A stretch of 64,000 nt of DNA. Origin: Clostridia bacterium. Lineage in GTDB: Bacteria > Bacillota > Clostridia > Oscillospirales > CAG-382. Positions 1 to 10,001 of the stretch are shown in pieces. The position numbers were made by a program, and so were the translations under genes. A model generated the notes under the pieces. That model did not search any database and had not been told where the DNA came from. It saw nothing but the letters and a program-made list of their open reading frames with translations. The first letter of the stretch is position 1. Each line of letters starts with the position of its first letter. The stretch is from NCBI GenBank assembly GCA_017516825.1, contig JAFXBC010000044.1:19003-83002 (forward strand), given 5' to 3'.

Positions 1-1
1 C

Positions 2-2401
2 CTTCCCCCCGAGCTTCGCGACCGTGTGCGGAAGGGCACGCTGTTGGTAGTTCCTTTCGGCGTTTCCAACAAGCAAGTCTCCGCCGTGGCGGTGGACTTT
101 TCCTCGGAGAGCGGATACGCAAAGACGAAATCCGTGCTTTCCGTGTTGGACTACCCTTTTGATATTCCCGAGGAATTCACGGAGCTTTGCCGTTTTATGA
201 AGGAGCGGTTTTACTGTTCCTTCGGCCAGGCCTTCCGCACCATGCTTCCCCCGGGGGTGAACCTGGACACGGAGGTCTTCTATACCGTCACGGAGAAGGA
301 GCCTCCCGAGGAAATGAATCAGGCGGCCTTTCTGCTGTACCGCAGGGTACGGACAGAACGGGAGATCACCCGCCGCAAGCTTCTTGAGGAGTTTGGGGAC
401 GAGGCGGAAAAGATGCTGGATTCTCTTTGCACGCTGGGGCTTCTGGAACGGAAGACCCGCGTACGCAAGCAGATGAACGAGAAGACCGTGACGGTGTTGA
501 AGCTTTGCGGCGAGGCGGAGGAAGTGTTCGCTTTGCTGGAAAGCGACAGCGGGCTGACGGAAAAGCAAAAAGTGCTGGTGGAGCTTTTGACCCACTATCC
601 CTGCGCTACCATGCGGGAGGTCAGCGAGATCGGAGGGATCTCCTCCTCCGTTGTTTCCGCTTTGGTGAGAAAAGGGATCGTCCGCCGCGAGGAGATCCGT
701 ATTGATCGCGGAGAACACGTCAGGGACGAGGTTCAAACGGGAGAGGTGATCACCACCCTATCCGAGGAACAGCAAACGGCGGTGGATACCCTGAAAGCCC
801 TCTCCGATGCAGAGGAGGCCAAGGCGGCCTTGCTTTACGGCGTAACGGGAAGCGGCAAGACCAAGGTGATCATTGAGGCGGTGAAGCACGTTCTTTCCAA
901 GGGACAGACGGCCATCGTACTCCTGCCCGAGATCGGGCTGACGGCCCAGGCCATGGGCAATTACCGCAGGGTCTTCGGCAAGGAATTGACTGTGATCCAC
1001 TCCATGCTTTCCGTGGGTGAGCGGCTGGACGCCTTCCGCGCCATGCGGGAGGGAAAGGTCAAGGTGGTTCTGGGTACCAGAAGCGCAGTGTTCTCCCCTT
1101 TGGAAAACCTGGGGCTCATCGTCATCGACGAGGAGCAGGAAGGTACGTATAAAAGCGAGCTTTCCCCCAAATACCACGCAAGAGACATCGCACGGTTTCG
1201 CTGTGCGAAGAACAAGGGGCTGTTGCTGTTGGCCTCCGCAACCCCTTCTGTGGAAAGCTTTTACAAGGCCATGACCGGGGTGTACACCCTGATCAAGCTG
1301 ACCAAGCGATACGGCAACGCCAAATTGCCCAAGGTGCTGATCGAGGATCTTCGCAACGACGGCAAGGTGTTCCCGGAAAAGCTGATCGGAAGCCGTCTGG
1401 AGGCGGAGATGCTCCGCGCCTACGGCAGAGAGAAGCAATCTATTTTGTTTGTGAACCGCAGAGGGTATCATTCCCATACCTCCTGCCATTCCTGCGGGAA
1501 GGTATACGCCTGCCCCCATTGCTCGGTGTCCTTGACCTATCACAAGTACGACGGGGACAGAATGGGCGACGGCTGGCTGGCCTGCCATTACTGCGGATAT
1601 ATTTGTAAGGTGCCTACCGTATGCGACGAATGCGGCAGTAAGCACATCAACCACTTCGGGTTTGGAACCCAGAAGCTCCAGGATGAGCTGACGGCCCGCT
1701 TCCCTGCCCTGCGTACCATCCGCATGGATGCGGATACCACCACGGAAAAGCTTTCCTACGAGAAGATCCTGGAATCCTTTGGGAATCGGGAGGCAGACGT
1801 GCTTTTCGGGACGCAGATGGTCTCCAAGGGGTTTGACTTCCCTGCCGTGGAGCTTGTGGGTGTGATCTCCGTGGACAGCTCTTTGTATCAGAACGATTTC
1901 CGTGCGGGAGAGAGGACCTTCTCTCTGGTGACCCAGCTGGTGGGACGCGCGGGGAGAAGCGGGGAGAACGGTCTTGCTGTGCTTCAGACCTACAATCCCG
2001 ACAACGAGATCCTGAATCTGGCGGCAGAGCAGGACTACGAGGCCTTTTACAGCTCCGAGATCGCGTTGCGGCGGTCGGTGGCCTTCCCACCCTTCTGTTC
2101 TGTGATGGTGTTCGGGTTTTCCGCACCTACGGAGAAAGAATGTGCCGCCTTTGCCAAGGGGTTTGATACCCTGTTTGAGCAGATCCGGGAAAGCAAGCAT
2201 CCCCATTTGAAGATCCAGAAGTTCGGGCCTCATCCCGGCGGGATCTATAAGATCGGCGGAAGATACCGCCAGAAAATGATCGTGAAATACTCCGATAACG
2301 CCGCTACGCGGAGGTTCTTCGGAGAGGTATACGAGGCGGGGCTGGCGAAATGCCCCAAAAACGTCCGTCTGGATGCGGACGCCAACCCCACCGTGATTTA
2401 A
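2..2401 (+). CDS. priA: Primosomal protein N' (PriA helicase); 5' end probably truncated by the window edge
   Basis: Walker A GVTGSGKT, VIDEEQE box and a Cys-rich zinc insert (CHSCGKVYACPHC...CHYCGY...CDECGS). The frame is open from nt 2. The GTG at 26 is only the first start-like codon, and the conserved VPFG segment normally lies about 30 aa into PriA. Confidence 0.9.
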   Translation, partial: LPPELRDRVRKGTLLVVPFGVSNKQVSAVAVDFSSESGYAKTKSVLSVLDYPFDIPEEFTELCRFMKERFYCSFGQAFRTMLPPGVNLDTEVFYTVTEKEPPEEMNQAAFLLYRRVRTEREITRRKLLEEFGDEAEKMLDSLCTLGLLERKTRVRKQMNEKTVTVLKLCGEAEEVFALLESDSGLTEKQKVLVELLTHYPCATMREVSEIGGISSSVVSALVRKGIVRREEIRIDRGEHVRDEVQTGEVITTLSEEQQTAVDTLKALSDAEEAKAALLYGVTGSGKTKVIIEAVKHVLSKGQTAIVLLPEIGLTAQAMGNYRRVFGKELTVIHSMLSVGERLDAFRAMREGKVKVVLGTRSAVFSPLENLGLIVIDEEQEGTYKSELSPKYHARDIARFRCAKNKGLLLLASATPSVESFYKAMTGVYTLIKLTKRYGNAKLPKVLIEDLRNDGKVFPEKLIGSRLEAEMLRAYGREKQSILFVNRRGYHSHTSCHSCGKVYACPHCSVSLTYHKYDGDRMGDGWLACHYCGYICKVPTVCDECGSKHINHFGFGTQKLQDELTARFPALRTIRMDADTTTEKLSYEKILESFGNREADVLFGTQMVSKGFDFPAVELVGVISVDSSLYQNDFRAGERTFSLVTQLVGRAGRSGENGLAVLQTYNPDNEILNLAAEQDYEAFYSSEIALRRSVAFPPFCSVMVFGFSAPTEKECAAFAKGFDTLFEQIRESKHPHLKIQKFGPHPGGIYKIGGRYRQKMIVKYSDNAATRRFFGEVYEAGLAKCPKNVRLDADANPTVI

Positions 2402-2419
2402 GGAAGGAAGACGAAAGCC

Positions 2420-2896
2420 ATGGCTATTTTGAATATCGTGACTTTGGAGGACGAGGTGCTTCGCAAGAAGTGCCGTCCGGTAGATAAGATCACCCCCAGG
2501 ACCCTGACCCTGCTGGACGATATGTACGAGACCATGCAGGCCGCCAACGGTGTGGGACTTGCCGCACCCCAGGTGGGGATCCTGCGGCGGATCGTGGTCA
2601 TCGATATCGGGGAGGGGCTTATTGAGCTGATCAACCCCGAGATCGTGGCTACCGAAGGAGAACAGACGGGAGAGGAAGGCTGTCTTTCCGTTCCCGACGA
2701 GGTGGGCATCGTTACCCGCCCCAACGTGGTGACTGTGAAGGCCACGGATCGCAACGGTGAGCCCTTTATGATCCGCGGAGAGGGTCTGTTGGCAAGAGCC
2801 TTCTGCCATGAGATCGACCATCTGGACGGTGTTCTGTACATCGACAAGGCCCAGCGGATGCTCACCCCCGAGGAAATGGAAGAGGACGAGGAGTAA
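2420..2896 (+). CDS. def: Peptide deformylase
   Basis: Three signature motifs are present: [17 protein letters not shown] and HEIDHLDG. It sits next to fmt as in most bacteria. Confidence 0.95.
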   Translation: MAILNIVTLEDEVLRKKCRPVDKITPRTLTLLDDMYETMQAANGVGLAAPQVGILRRIVVIDIGEGLIELINPEIVATEGEQTGEEGCLSVPDEVGIVTRPNVVTVKATDRNGEPFMIRGEGLLARAFCHEIDHLDGVLYIDKAQRMLTPEEMEEDEE

Positions 2897-2901
2897 ACTG
2901 C

Positions 2902-3825
2902 GTGAAGATCGTTTTTATGGGTACCCCCGAATTTGCCAAGACCGCTTTGGAGGCTTTGGTGCAGGCGGGGTACGAGGTGCCTTTGGTCATTACCCAGCCG
3001 GATAAGCCCAAGGGCAGAAAATACGTGATGACCCCTTCCGAGGTGAAGGCCTACGCTTTGTCCGCGGGATTGCGGGTGGAGACCCCCAATTCCATGCGTA
3101 CCCCCGAGGCGGAAGCGATGCTTCGGGAAGTGGACGCGGACGTGTTTATCGTGGCGGCCTACGGCAAGATCCTGCCGAAGAATATTCTGGATCTGCCCCC
3201 TTTGGGATGCATTTGTATCCACGCTTCCCTGCTTCCCGCATGGCGGGGGGCGGCTCCTATCCAGCGCGCTGTGATGAACGGCGATACGGTGGGGGGCGTG
3301 ACCATGATGTACATGGATGAGGGCATTGATACCGGAGATATCATCCTGCAGAAGGAGCTTCCCATCCCCCACACAATGACGGCGGGTGAATACCACGACG
3401 AGATGGCAAAATTGGGTGCGGAAGCGTTGATGGAATATTTAGAATTGGCAAAAAGCGGCTCCGTTCCCAGAATCAAGCAAGCGGGTGGCACCTGCTACGC
3501 CGAAAAGATCACGGGAGAGGATCTGTACGTTTCCTTTGAGGAGACGGCAGAGCAGACCCACAACCGGATCCGCGGGCTTGCCCCCGTGCCTTCCGCTTAC
3601 TGTACCTTGGAGGGCAAGAGGGTGAAGCTTCACGAATCCCGTATCGGTACGGGAAAAGGAATTCCCGGGGAGGTGCTTTCCGCCGGGAAGGACGGTATCG
3701 AGGTGGCCTGCAAGGAAGGCAGTGTGATCATCACCGCTTTACAGCCCGAGGGGAAGAAGCGGATGGATGCTTCCAGCTTTTTGAACGGTCTGCAGAAGAA
3801 GGAAGGGTTCCGTTTCAATGGCTGA
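2902..3825 (+). CDS. fmt: Methionyl-tRNA formyltransferase
   Basis: GTG start, the formyltransferase core HASLLPAWRGAAPIQ and a C-terminal tRNA-binding domain. def-fmt synteny. Confidence 0.93.
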   Translation: MKIVFMGTPEFAKTALEALVQAGYEVPLVITQPDKPKGRKYVMTPSEVKAYALSAGLRVETPNSMRTPEAEAMLREVDADVFIVAAYGKILPKNILDLPPLGCICIHASLLPAWRGAAPIQRAVMNGDTVGGVTMMYMDEGIDTGDIILQKELPIPHTMTAGEYHDEMAKLGAEALMEYLELAKSGSVPRIKQAGGTCYAEKITGEDLYVSFEETAEQTHNRIRGLAPVPSAYCTLEGKRVKLHESRIGTGKGIPGEVLSAGKDGIEVACKEGSVIITALQPEGKKRMDASSFLNGLQKKEGFRFNG

Positions 3826-5062
3826 CGTGGCGAGAACAGCGGCGTTTGAGGCCTTGAAGCGGGTGGAAAAGGATGGTGCTTTTTCCAACCTTGCCACCGC
3901 AAAGCTACGGGAGCTTTCCCCTGTGGACAACGGATTTGCCACGGCTTTGGTGATGGGCGTTTTGGAGACCCGACGGGCGCTTGATCATCTTATCTGCCTG
4001 TACGCCAAGAAGCTTCCCGAGGGGGACCTGCTGACGCTGTTGCGTTTGGGTGTTTACCAATTGTTTTATATGGACCGCGTGCCGGAGAGTGCCGCCTGCA
4101 ACGAGACGGTGAAGCTTGCCAAGAGGTTCTGCGGAGAAAAACGGGCGGGATTTGCCAACGCGGTGCTTCGCTCTCTGTGCAGAGAAAGGGATGCCGCCGT
4201 TGCTTCCCTGGATGATGCCCCCCCGGAGATCCGCTATTCCTTCGGCGACGGGGTGACTTCCCTGCTGAAAGAGCAATATCCCCATGAATGGGAAAATATT
4301 TTGAAAGGCTTTTGCCAAAAGCAGCCCCTTGCCTTGCGGGTGAACACCTTGAAGGTGAGCGCCGGTGAGGTGGCTGCGCGATATAACGCCGCCGCAGAGG
4401 GTACCATGGTGACCCTGTGGGAAAACCAAGCGGAGGCGGTGAAGCAGATCCCCGAGGGGGAGTACTTCGTACAGGGGTACGGCTCCCAGATGGCGGTGAA
4501 GATGCTGGATCCCCGTCCCAACCACTTCGTGGTGGACGTATGCGCCTGCCCGGGAGGAAAATCCCTGGGAGCGGCCATTGCCATGGAAAACTGCGGAAAG
4601 GTGCTTTCCATGGATCTCCACGGGAATAAGCTTCCCTTGATCCAAAAAAGCGCCAAGACGCTGGGGATCACCATCATCGAGACCAAACAGCACGACGGCA
4701 GGAAGGCAGATCCTTCCCTTGCGGGACGGGCCGACCGTGTGATCTGCGACGTTCCCTGCTCCGGTCTCGGAGTCGTGGGCGCAAAGCCGGAGATCCGATA
4801 CAAGGATCCCGCTGAATTTGCAGGGCTTTACACCACCCAGAGAGAGATCCTAAGGGCCGCCTCCACCTACGTGAAGGACGGCGGGTGTCTGGTGTATTCC
4901 ACCTGCACCTTGAATAAGCTTGAAAACGAAGAGGTTGTAAAGGACTTCCTGGCCCATACGGAAGGGTTCGTTCTCCAAGAGGAACATACCTGGCTTCCTG
5001 TGGGAGACGGCAGAGAAGGCTTTTACGCCGCAAGGTTGATGAAGAAAAATGGCGAAAATTGA
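3818..5062 (+). CDS. rsmB: 16S rRNA (cytosine967-C5)-methyltransferase RsmB/Sun
   Basis: NusB-like N-terminal domain, SAM motif DVCACPGGKS and catalytic DVPCSGLG / TCT Cys motifs. Overlaps the fmt stop by 8 nt. Confidence 0.9.
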   Translation: MADVARTAAFEALKRVEKDGAFSNLATAKLRELSPVDNGFATALVMGVLETRRALDHLICLYAKKLPEGDLLTLLRLGVYQLFYMDRVPESAACNETVKLAKRFCGEKRAGFANAVLRSLCRERDAAVASLDDAPPEIRYSFGDGVTSLLKEQYPHEWENILKGFCQKQPLALRVNTLKVSAGEVAARYNAAAEGTMVTLWENQAEAVKQIPEGEYFVQGYGSQMAVKMLDPRPNHFVVDVCACPGGKSLGAAIAMENCGKVLSMDLHGNKLPLIQKSAKTLGITIIETKQHDGRKADPSLAGRADRVICDVPCSGLGVVGAKPEIRYKDPAEFAGLYTTQREILRAASTYVKDGGCLVYSTCTLNKLENEEVVKDFLAHTEGFVLQEEHTWLPVGDGREGFYAARLMKKNGEN

Positions 5063-6083
5063 CGTGCTTTCCCTGCTCCCCCGGGAGCTGGAGGCCTTTG
5101 CATTGGAAATAGGAGAAAAGAAGTTCCGCGGAAAGCAGATCTTTGAAGGGCTTTACCACGGGGCGACGGAATTCTCACTGATCACCAACCTGCCCAAGAG
5201 CTTGATCGCAAAGCTTGAGGAGGTGGCGGAGATCCGCGGGATGACCACCGAGCGGATGCTGGTCTCCAAGCTGGACGGAACGGTGAAGTTTTTGTTCGGC
5301 TTGCAGGACGGCGAAGCGGTGGAAAGCGTATTTATGCGGTATAAGCACGGCAATACTCTATGTATCTCCACTCAGGTGGGATGTCGCATGGGGTGTGCCT
5401 TCTGTGCCTCCACCAAGGCGGGGCTGAAGCGTTCCCTGCTCCCTTCCGAGATGCTTTTGCAGATCCTTTGCGCCCAGCGAGAAACGGGGGAGGCCGTCTC
5501 CAACGTGGTTCTGATGGGCATGGGAGAGCCTTTGGATAACTATGATAACGTATTGAAATTCCTGCATCTGGTGAACCTGGAAAAGGGGTTGAACATCGGG
5601 ATGCGGCATATCTCCCTCTCCACCTGCGGCTTGGTGGATCGTATGGACGATCTGGCAAATGAGAATCTCCAGATCACCCTTTCGGTCTCCCTCCACGCCG
5701 CCACCGACGAAAAGCGGAAGGAGATCATGCCCATCGCAAGGAAGTACAGCGTATCCGAGCTGATGGCGGCCTGTGACCGATATACCAAGGCCACGGGACG
5801 GCGGATCTCCTACGAATACGCCTTGATCGCGGGAGTGAACGACACCCCCGAGGACGCCCATCTTTTGGGAAAGCTGTTGAAGGGACGATTGGCGCATCTG
5901 AATCTCATTCCCGTCAATCCCATTAAGGAACGGGATTTCAGAAAGAGCGAAAAGGAAGCCATTGCGGCCTTTACGGATATTACGGAAAACAAATATAAGG
6001 TCAGTACCACGGTGCGAAGAAAGCTGGGAGGAGACATTGACGCCTCCTGCGGACAGCTCCGCGCACAAAGAGACGGCCTGTAA
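5049..6083 (+). CDS. rlmN: 23S rRNA/tRNA (adenine2503-C2)-methyltransferase RlmN (radical SAM)
   Basis: CxxxCxxC cluster motif (GCRMGCAFCAS) and the C-terminal catalytic Cys context DIDASCGQL. Conserved position after rsmB. Confidence 0.92.
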   Translation: MAKIDVLSLLPRELEAFALEIGEKKFRGKQIFEGLYHGATEFSLITNLPKSLIAKLEEVAEIRGMTTERMLVSKLDGTVKFLFGLQDGEAVESVFMRYKHGNTLCISTQVGCRMGCAFCASTKAGLKRSLLPSEMLLQILCAQRETGEAVSNVVLMGMGEPLDNYDNVLKFLHLVNLEKGLNIGMRHISLSTCGLVDRMDDLANENLQITLSVSLHAATDEKRKEIMPIARKYSVSELMAACDRYTKATGRRISYEYALIAGVNDTPEDAHLLGKLLKGRLAHLNLIPVNPIKERDFRKSEKEAIAAFTDITENKYKVSTTVRRKLGGDIDASCGQLRAQRDGL

Positions 6084-6115
6084 GCTACCCTTTTGGGGAA
6101 AGGAGTGATGCCTCC

Positions 6116-6868
6116 ATGAAATGCTACGGAAAAACGGATATCGGCGCAAAGCGGAAGAACAATCAGGACAGCTTTGCCACCTTCACCAAGGGTGATTGCC
6201 TGTTGGCCGTGGTCTGCGACGGGATGGGCGGTGCCAGAGGCGGAAATATTGCCAGCGAAACGGCGGTTAAGGGCTTCTGCAACACCATTCGGGAGGCGTT
6301 TACCAAGGATCCCCCGGGGGATGCCCAGGCGGTGGAGGATCTGTTGACCCAGGCAGTGAACGACGCCAACACCGAGGTCTACCGTAAGGCGGCGGAGGAC
6401 AGCGAGCTGGAGGGCATGGGCACTACCCTGGTGGCGGTTCTCCTGTGCAGTCACGGATGCTTTGCGGTGAACGTGGGAGACAGCCGTCTGTACCTGCAAA
6501 AGGACGGGGTGCTGACCCAGATCACCAAGGATAATTCCTTTATACAGTACTTATTGGATAAGGGTCTGGTCTCTCCGGAGGAGGCCGCCACCCACCCCAA
6601 CCGCAACATCATTCTGCGGGCCTTGGGGGTGAACGAGGAGGTGGAGTGTGACCTTTATACCGTGCCTCCCTTTGATCGGTTGTTGCTTTGCTCCGACGGG
6701 CTTTACAATATGATTCCGGAAGAAGAGCTCTCTGCTCTCACCGACGGAAGCTACAACGGAAAGCGCCGTGCTCCGGGGTATCGGACACGGCTGGGAGAAA
6801 TGATCCGACGGGCCAATTTCTACGGCGGAACGGACAACATTACCGCTGTCCTTTTGGGGACGGATTGA
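6116..6868 (+). CDS. stp: PP2C-family Ser/Thr protein phosphatase (Stp/PrpC)
   Basis: PP2C motifs NQDSF, VCDGMGG and CSDGL. Lies immediately upstream of the PASTA kinase, as in Firmicutes. Confidence 0.9.
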   Translation: MKCYGKTDIGAKRKNNQDSFATFTKGDCLLAVVCDGMGGARGGNIASETAVKGFCNTIREAFTKDPPGDAQAVEDLLTQAVNDANTEVYRKAAEDSELEGMGTTLVAVLLCSHGCFAVNVGDSRLYLQKDGVLTQITKDNSFIQYLLDKGLVSPEEAATHPNRNIILRALGVNEEVECDLYTVPPFDRLLLCSDGLYNMIPEEELSALTDGSYNGKRRAPGYRTRLGEMIRRANFYGGTDNITAVLLGTD

Positions 6869-6928
6869 CGACGTGGAGCGAATGGGAAGAAAACGTTATT
6901 CCCGAAGCTCGGAAAGGTTTTTGATCGT

Positions 6929-9112
6929 ATGAACGATTACAGCAATTTTATCGGCAAGATCCTGGACAAACGCTATAAGATCCTGGGGCTGGTGGGAATC
7001 GGCGGCATGGCTTGCGTTTTGCGTGCCCAGGACCTGGTGATGAACCGCGTGGTTGCCATTAAGATCCTCAACGATGAATACAACGGCAACGAGCAAGCCG
7101 AAAACCGCTTTATCGACGAATCCAAGGCGGTGGCGATGCTCTCCCACAAGAACATCGTGAACATTTACGACGTTGCTATCTATCCCGATATGAAGTATAT
7201 CGTTATGGAGTATCTTGACGGTATCACCCTGCGGGAATATCTGGACAACAAGGGCGCTCTCCCCTGGAACGAGGCCTGCATTTATATCCTGCAGGTATTG
7301 CGGGCTTTGGAGCACGCTCACAGCAAGGGGGTCATCCACAGAGATATCAAGCCCCAGAACATTATTTTGCAGAAAAACGGCGAGATCAAGGTGATGGACT
7401 TCGGCATCGCCAAGATCCCCACCTCCGCCTCCATTTCCGGAGACAAGGCTGTTGGAACCGTATACTATATCTCTCCCGAGCAGGCCAGCGGCAAGGAAAC
7501 GGGAGCGTATTCCGATCTGTATTCCGTGGGCATCCTGCTGTTTGAGGCGGTGACGGGAACTCTTCCCTTCAAGGCCGACAGCCCTATGGCGGTGGCCGCC
7601 ATGCAGGTGAACGACGAGCCGCCCAACCCCAGAGATCTGGTGCTTGCCATTCCCGTAGGCGTTTCCCAGATCATTTTGAAGGCCATGACCAAGGATACCG
7701 CAGGGCGTTTCCGTTCCGCACACTCCATGTCCAAGGCCATTGAATGGGTGCTGAGAAATCCCGAGGTGATCTTCTCCCTTTCCGGGGAGAACGGATCTGC
7801 CATCGGAGACACCAGCGTGGTCTCCATCGATATGATCGATACCGCGGAGATCAAACCCTACGGGGACGACGAAATGATCCATTCCCTGGATAAGGTGACC
7901 GCCTCCGACAAGGAGCTGGAGCAAAAGAAAAAGCTTTTGGAGGAAGAGAAGAAACAACAAAAGGCCAAGCTGAAGGAGAAAAAGAAGAAAAAGAAGCGGA
8001 AAAAGAAAAGACGCACCCACAGCGTCACCGTCTTCCCCATCATCGCGGGGATCTTCTTCCCCTTCCTGCTGGTAGCTTTGATACTTGCCATTTTCCTGGG
8101 CGTGACCTTCGTGAAGTCTCTGTTCTTTGCAGAGGATAACACGGTGACGGCGGTGTTCCCCAACCTGATCGGCAAGGAATACGACAGCGAGCTGATCTCC
8201 CGCTTGCAGAACGGCTCCTACGGAGCCACCTTTGAGATCGCACCCGGTGCCGTCAGCTATTCCTTCAACCCGGGCTTTGCCAACGGGGAGATCATTTCCA
8301 CGGAGCCTGCCAGCAACACCACCAAGAAGGCGGAGAATACCGACGGAAAGCCGGTGTTCTACTTCACCTCCATCGTGGTCAACCGCATCCAGACCACCAA
8401 GACCATGCCCGACGTCATCGGGTTCCTGCGGGCGGATGCCAAGGTACGGCTGACCAATCAGTACGGAATCGACGGTTCCTCCATTGAATTTGCCGAGGAG
8501 ACGGATCCTAAGTACAACGTGTTGTTTGACAACCAGATCACCCGCTCCTATCCCGCACCCGGGGAGCCCTACAACCCCGGCGATACCATTATTCTTTACG
8601 TCTGTACCCGAGAGGATTCCAGAAATACGGCACCTATGCCGAATTGCCTGGGCCTGGATGCGGATTACGCCAAGAAGCTTTGCGAATACGCCCTTTACAA
8701 AGTGAAGATCGTAGAATCCCCCACCCCTGACGGTGACAACACGGTGATCGCTCAATCCATCACCAAGGATAAGGTTTCCGGCAGAGATACGGAGGTCACC
8801 CTGACGGTGAACACTAAGCTCCAGGGGATGCCCAACTTCTACCTGGAATCCTTGGTAGATACCATGGCATATCTGGACTCCGCCGGTATTCCCTACACCT
8901 ACGTGATCTACGAGGGTGTGGTGGACGAGGACGTGATCGTAGGCTTCAGGGATCTGATGGATCTGCTGGTGCGGCTGGAGTCCTGCGGGGCTTATCCCAG
9001 CACACGGATCGATGAGAACACCCTTGTGGTCTTCCAAAGCATTCCCATGGGCGGGGAGATTCCCACCGAGGGTGCATTACAGCTGGTGTGCCTGAACTAT
9101 GAAGCTTTTTGA
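6929..9112 (+). CDS. prkC: Ser/Thr protein kinase with extracellular PASTA-like repeats (PrkC/PknB type)
   Basis: Hanks kinase motifs (VAIK, HRDIKPQN, DFGIAK, SPEQ), one TM helix (VFPIIAGIFFPFLLVALILAIF) and 3-4 PASTA-like units beginning FPNLIGK, MPDVIGF, MPNCLGL and MPNFYLE. Confidence 0.9.
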   Translation: MNDYSNFIGKILDKRYKILGLVGIGGMACVLRAQDLVMNRVVAIKILNDEYNGNEQAENRFIDESKAVAMLSHKNIVNIYDVAIYPDMKYIVMEYLDGITLREYLDNKGALPWNEACIYILQVLRALEHAHSKGVIHRDIKPQNIILQKNGEIKVMDFGIAKIPTSASISGDKAVGTVYYISPEQASGKETGAYSDLYSVGILLFEAVTGTLPFKADSPMAVAAMQVNDEPPNPRDLVLAIPVGVSQIILKAMTKDTAGRFRSAHSMSKAIEWVLRNPEVIFSLSGENGSAIGDTSVVSIDMIDTAEIKPYGDDEMIHSLDKVTASDKELEQKKKLLEEEKKQQKAKLKEKKKKKKRKKKRRTHSVTVFPIIAGIFFPFLLVALILAIFLGVTFVKSLFFAEDNTVTAVFPNLIGKEYDSELISRLQNGSYGATFEIAPGAVSYSFNPGFANGEIISTEPASNTTKKAENTDGKPVFYFTSIVVNRIQTTKTMPDVIGFLRADAKVRLTNQYGIDGSSIEFAEETDPKYNVLFDNQITRSYPAPGEPYNPGDTIILYVCTREDSRNTAPMPNCLGLDADYAKKLCEYALYKVKIVESPTPDGDNTVIAQSITKDKVSGRDTEVTLTVNTKLQGMPNFYLESLVDTMAYLDSAGIPYTYVIYEGVVDEDVIVGFRDLMDLLVRLESCGAYPSTRIDENTLVVFQSIPMGGEIPTEGALQLVCLNYEAF

Positions 9113-9983
9113 ACACGGGTTGGTGCTGGGCGGTAAGAACGGTCTTTACCGTGTAGAAACGGAAAGCGGGATCTTACTTTGCCGTGGTGCCACGAAGATC
9201 AGAAAAAACGGGCTGAAGCTGATGGCGGGCGACCGCGTGACGGCGGAGGACAACGGAGACGAAACCGGCTTTATTCGCGAAGTGGATCCTCGGATCAACA
9301 GCCTGGTGCGGCCTCCCATTGCCAACATCGGACTTTTGGTGTTGGTGATTGCCGCCACCTCCCCCAAGCCTGCACCCTACACATTGGATAAGCTGACGGT
9401 GATCGCGGAGAAATCCAAGATCCCCGTGGCCATTGCCATTACCAAATCGGAGCTGGGCGGCGCGGAAGAGATCGCCGCTCACTTCCACGGTGCCCCCTAC
9501 CCTGTCTTTTTCCTGGCGGAAAAGGGTGCGGTGGGCAGTGAAGCGCTTTACGAACATCTGAAGGGTAAGATCTCAGTGTTCTGCGGTGCCTCCGGCGTTG
9601 GAAAATCAACGCTGCTAAACCGATTGTTCCCCGAACTCCAAGCGGAGGTGGGAGAGCTTTCGGAAAAGATCCAGCGAGGAAAGAATACCACCCGTGCCAC
9701 CACCCTTTACCGGGTAGGAGAGGACACGTACATTGCCGATTCCCCGGGCTTTACCATGTTGGACACGGAAATGTGCTGCCGATTGGAGCGGGAGGAGCTT
9801 CCCCTGCTATTCCCTGAAATGGAGCCCTTCCTGGGGTCTTGCCGCTACACCCGTTGCGGACATACCTGCGAGGAAGGCTGTCGGATCCTGGAAGAAGTCG
9901 AAATGGGTCGTATTTCCCGCGAGAGACACGAAAGCTATTGCAAGCTGTTCCGCGAGATGAAGGACCTTCATTCATTCAAATAG
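9099..9983 (+). CDS. rsgA: Ribosome small-subunit-dependent GTPase A
   Basis: Circularly permuted GTPase (TKSEL, then GASGVGKSTLLN) and a C-terminal zinc knuckle CRYTRCGHTCEEGC. 14-nt overlap with prkC. Confidence 0.9.
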   Translation: MKLFEHGLVLGGKNGLYRVETESGILLCRGATKIRKNGLKLMAGDRVTAEDNGDETGFIREVDPRINSLVRPPIANIGLLVLVIAATSPKPAPYTLDKLTVIAEKSKIPVAIAITKSELGGAEEIAAHFHGAPYPVFFLAEKGAVGSEALYEHLKGKISVFCGASGVGKSTLLNRLFPELQAEVGELSEKIQRGKNTTRATTLYRVGEDTYIADSPGFTMLDTEMCCRLEREELPLLFPEMEPFLGSCRYTRCGHTCEEGCRILEEVEMGRISRERHESYCKLFREMKDLHSFK

Positions 9984-10001
9984 AAAAGGGGTTACCTACC
10001 T

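Noticed and set aside
758-2821. 687-aa ORF antisense to priA/def. Similar very long antisense ORFs occur at 6896-9037, 20215-22095, 45730-47001 and 48394-49728.
   Set aside because: Each lies exactly opposite a confidently identified gene. The translations are low-complexity and G/R/H/L/Q-rich with no motifs. Stop-free antisense frames are expected when the sense strand uses GC3-rich codons.
7960-8012. A-rich AAG/AAA run in prkC as a programmed frameshift site or a pseudogene lesion.
   Set aside because: The reading frame runs uninterrupted from the kinase domain through the TM helix and the PASTA repeats. No alternative frame gives a meaningful product.
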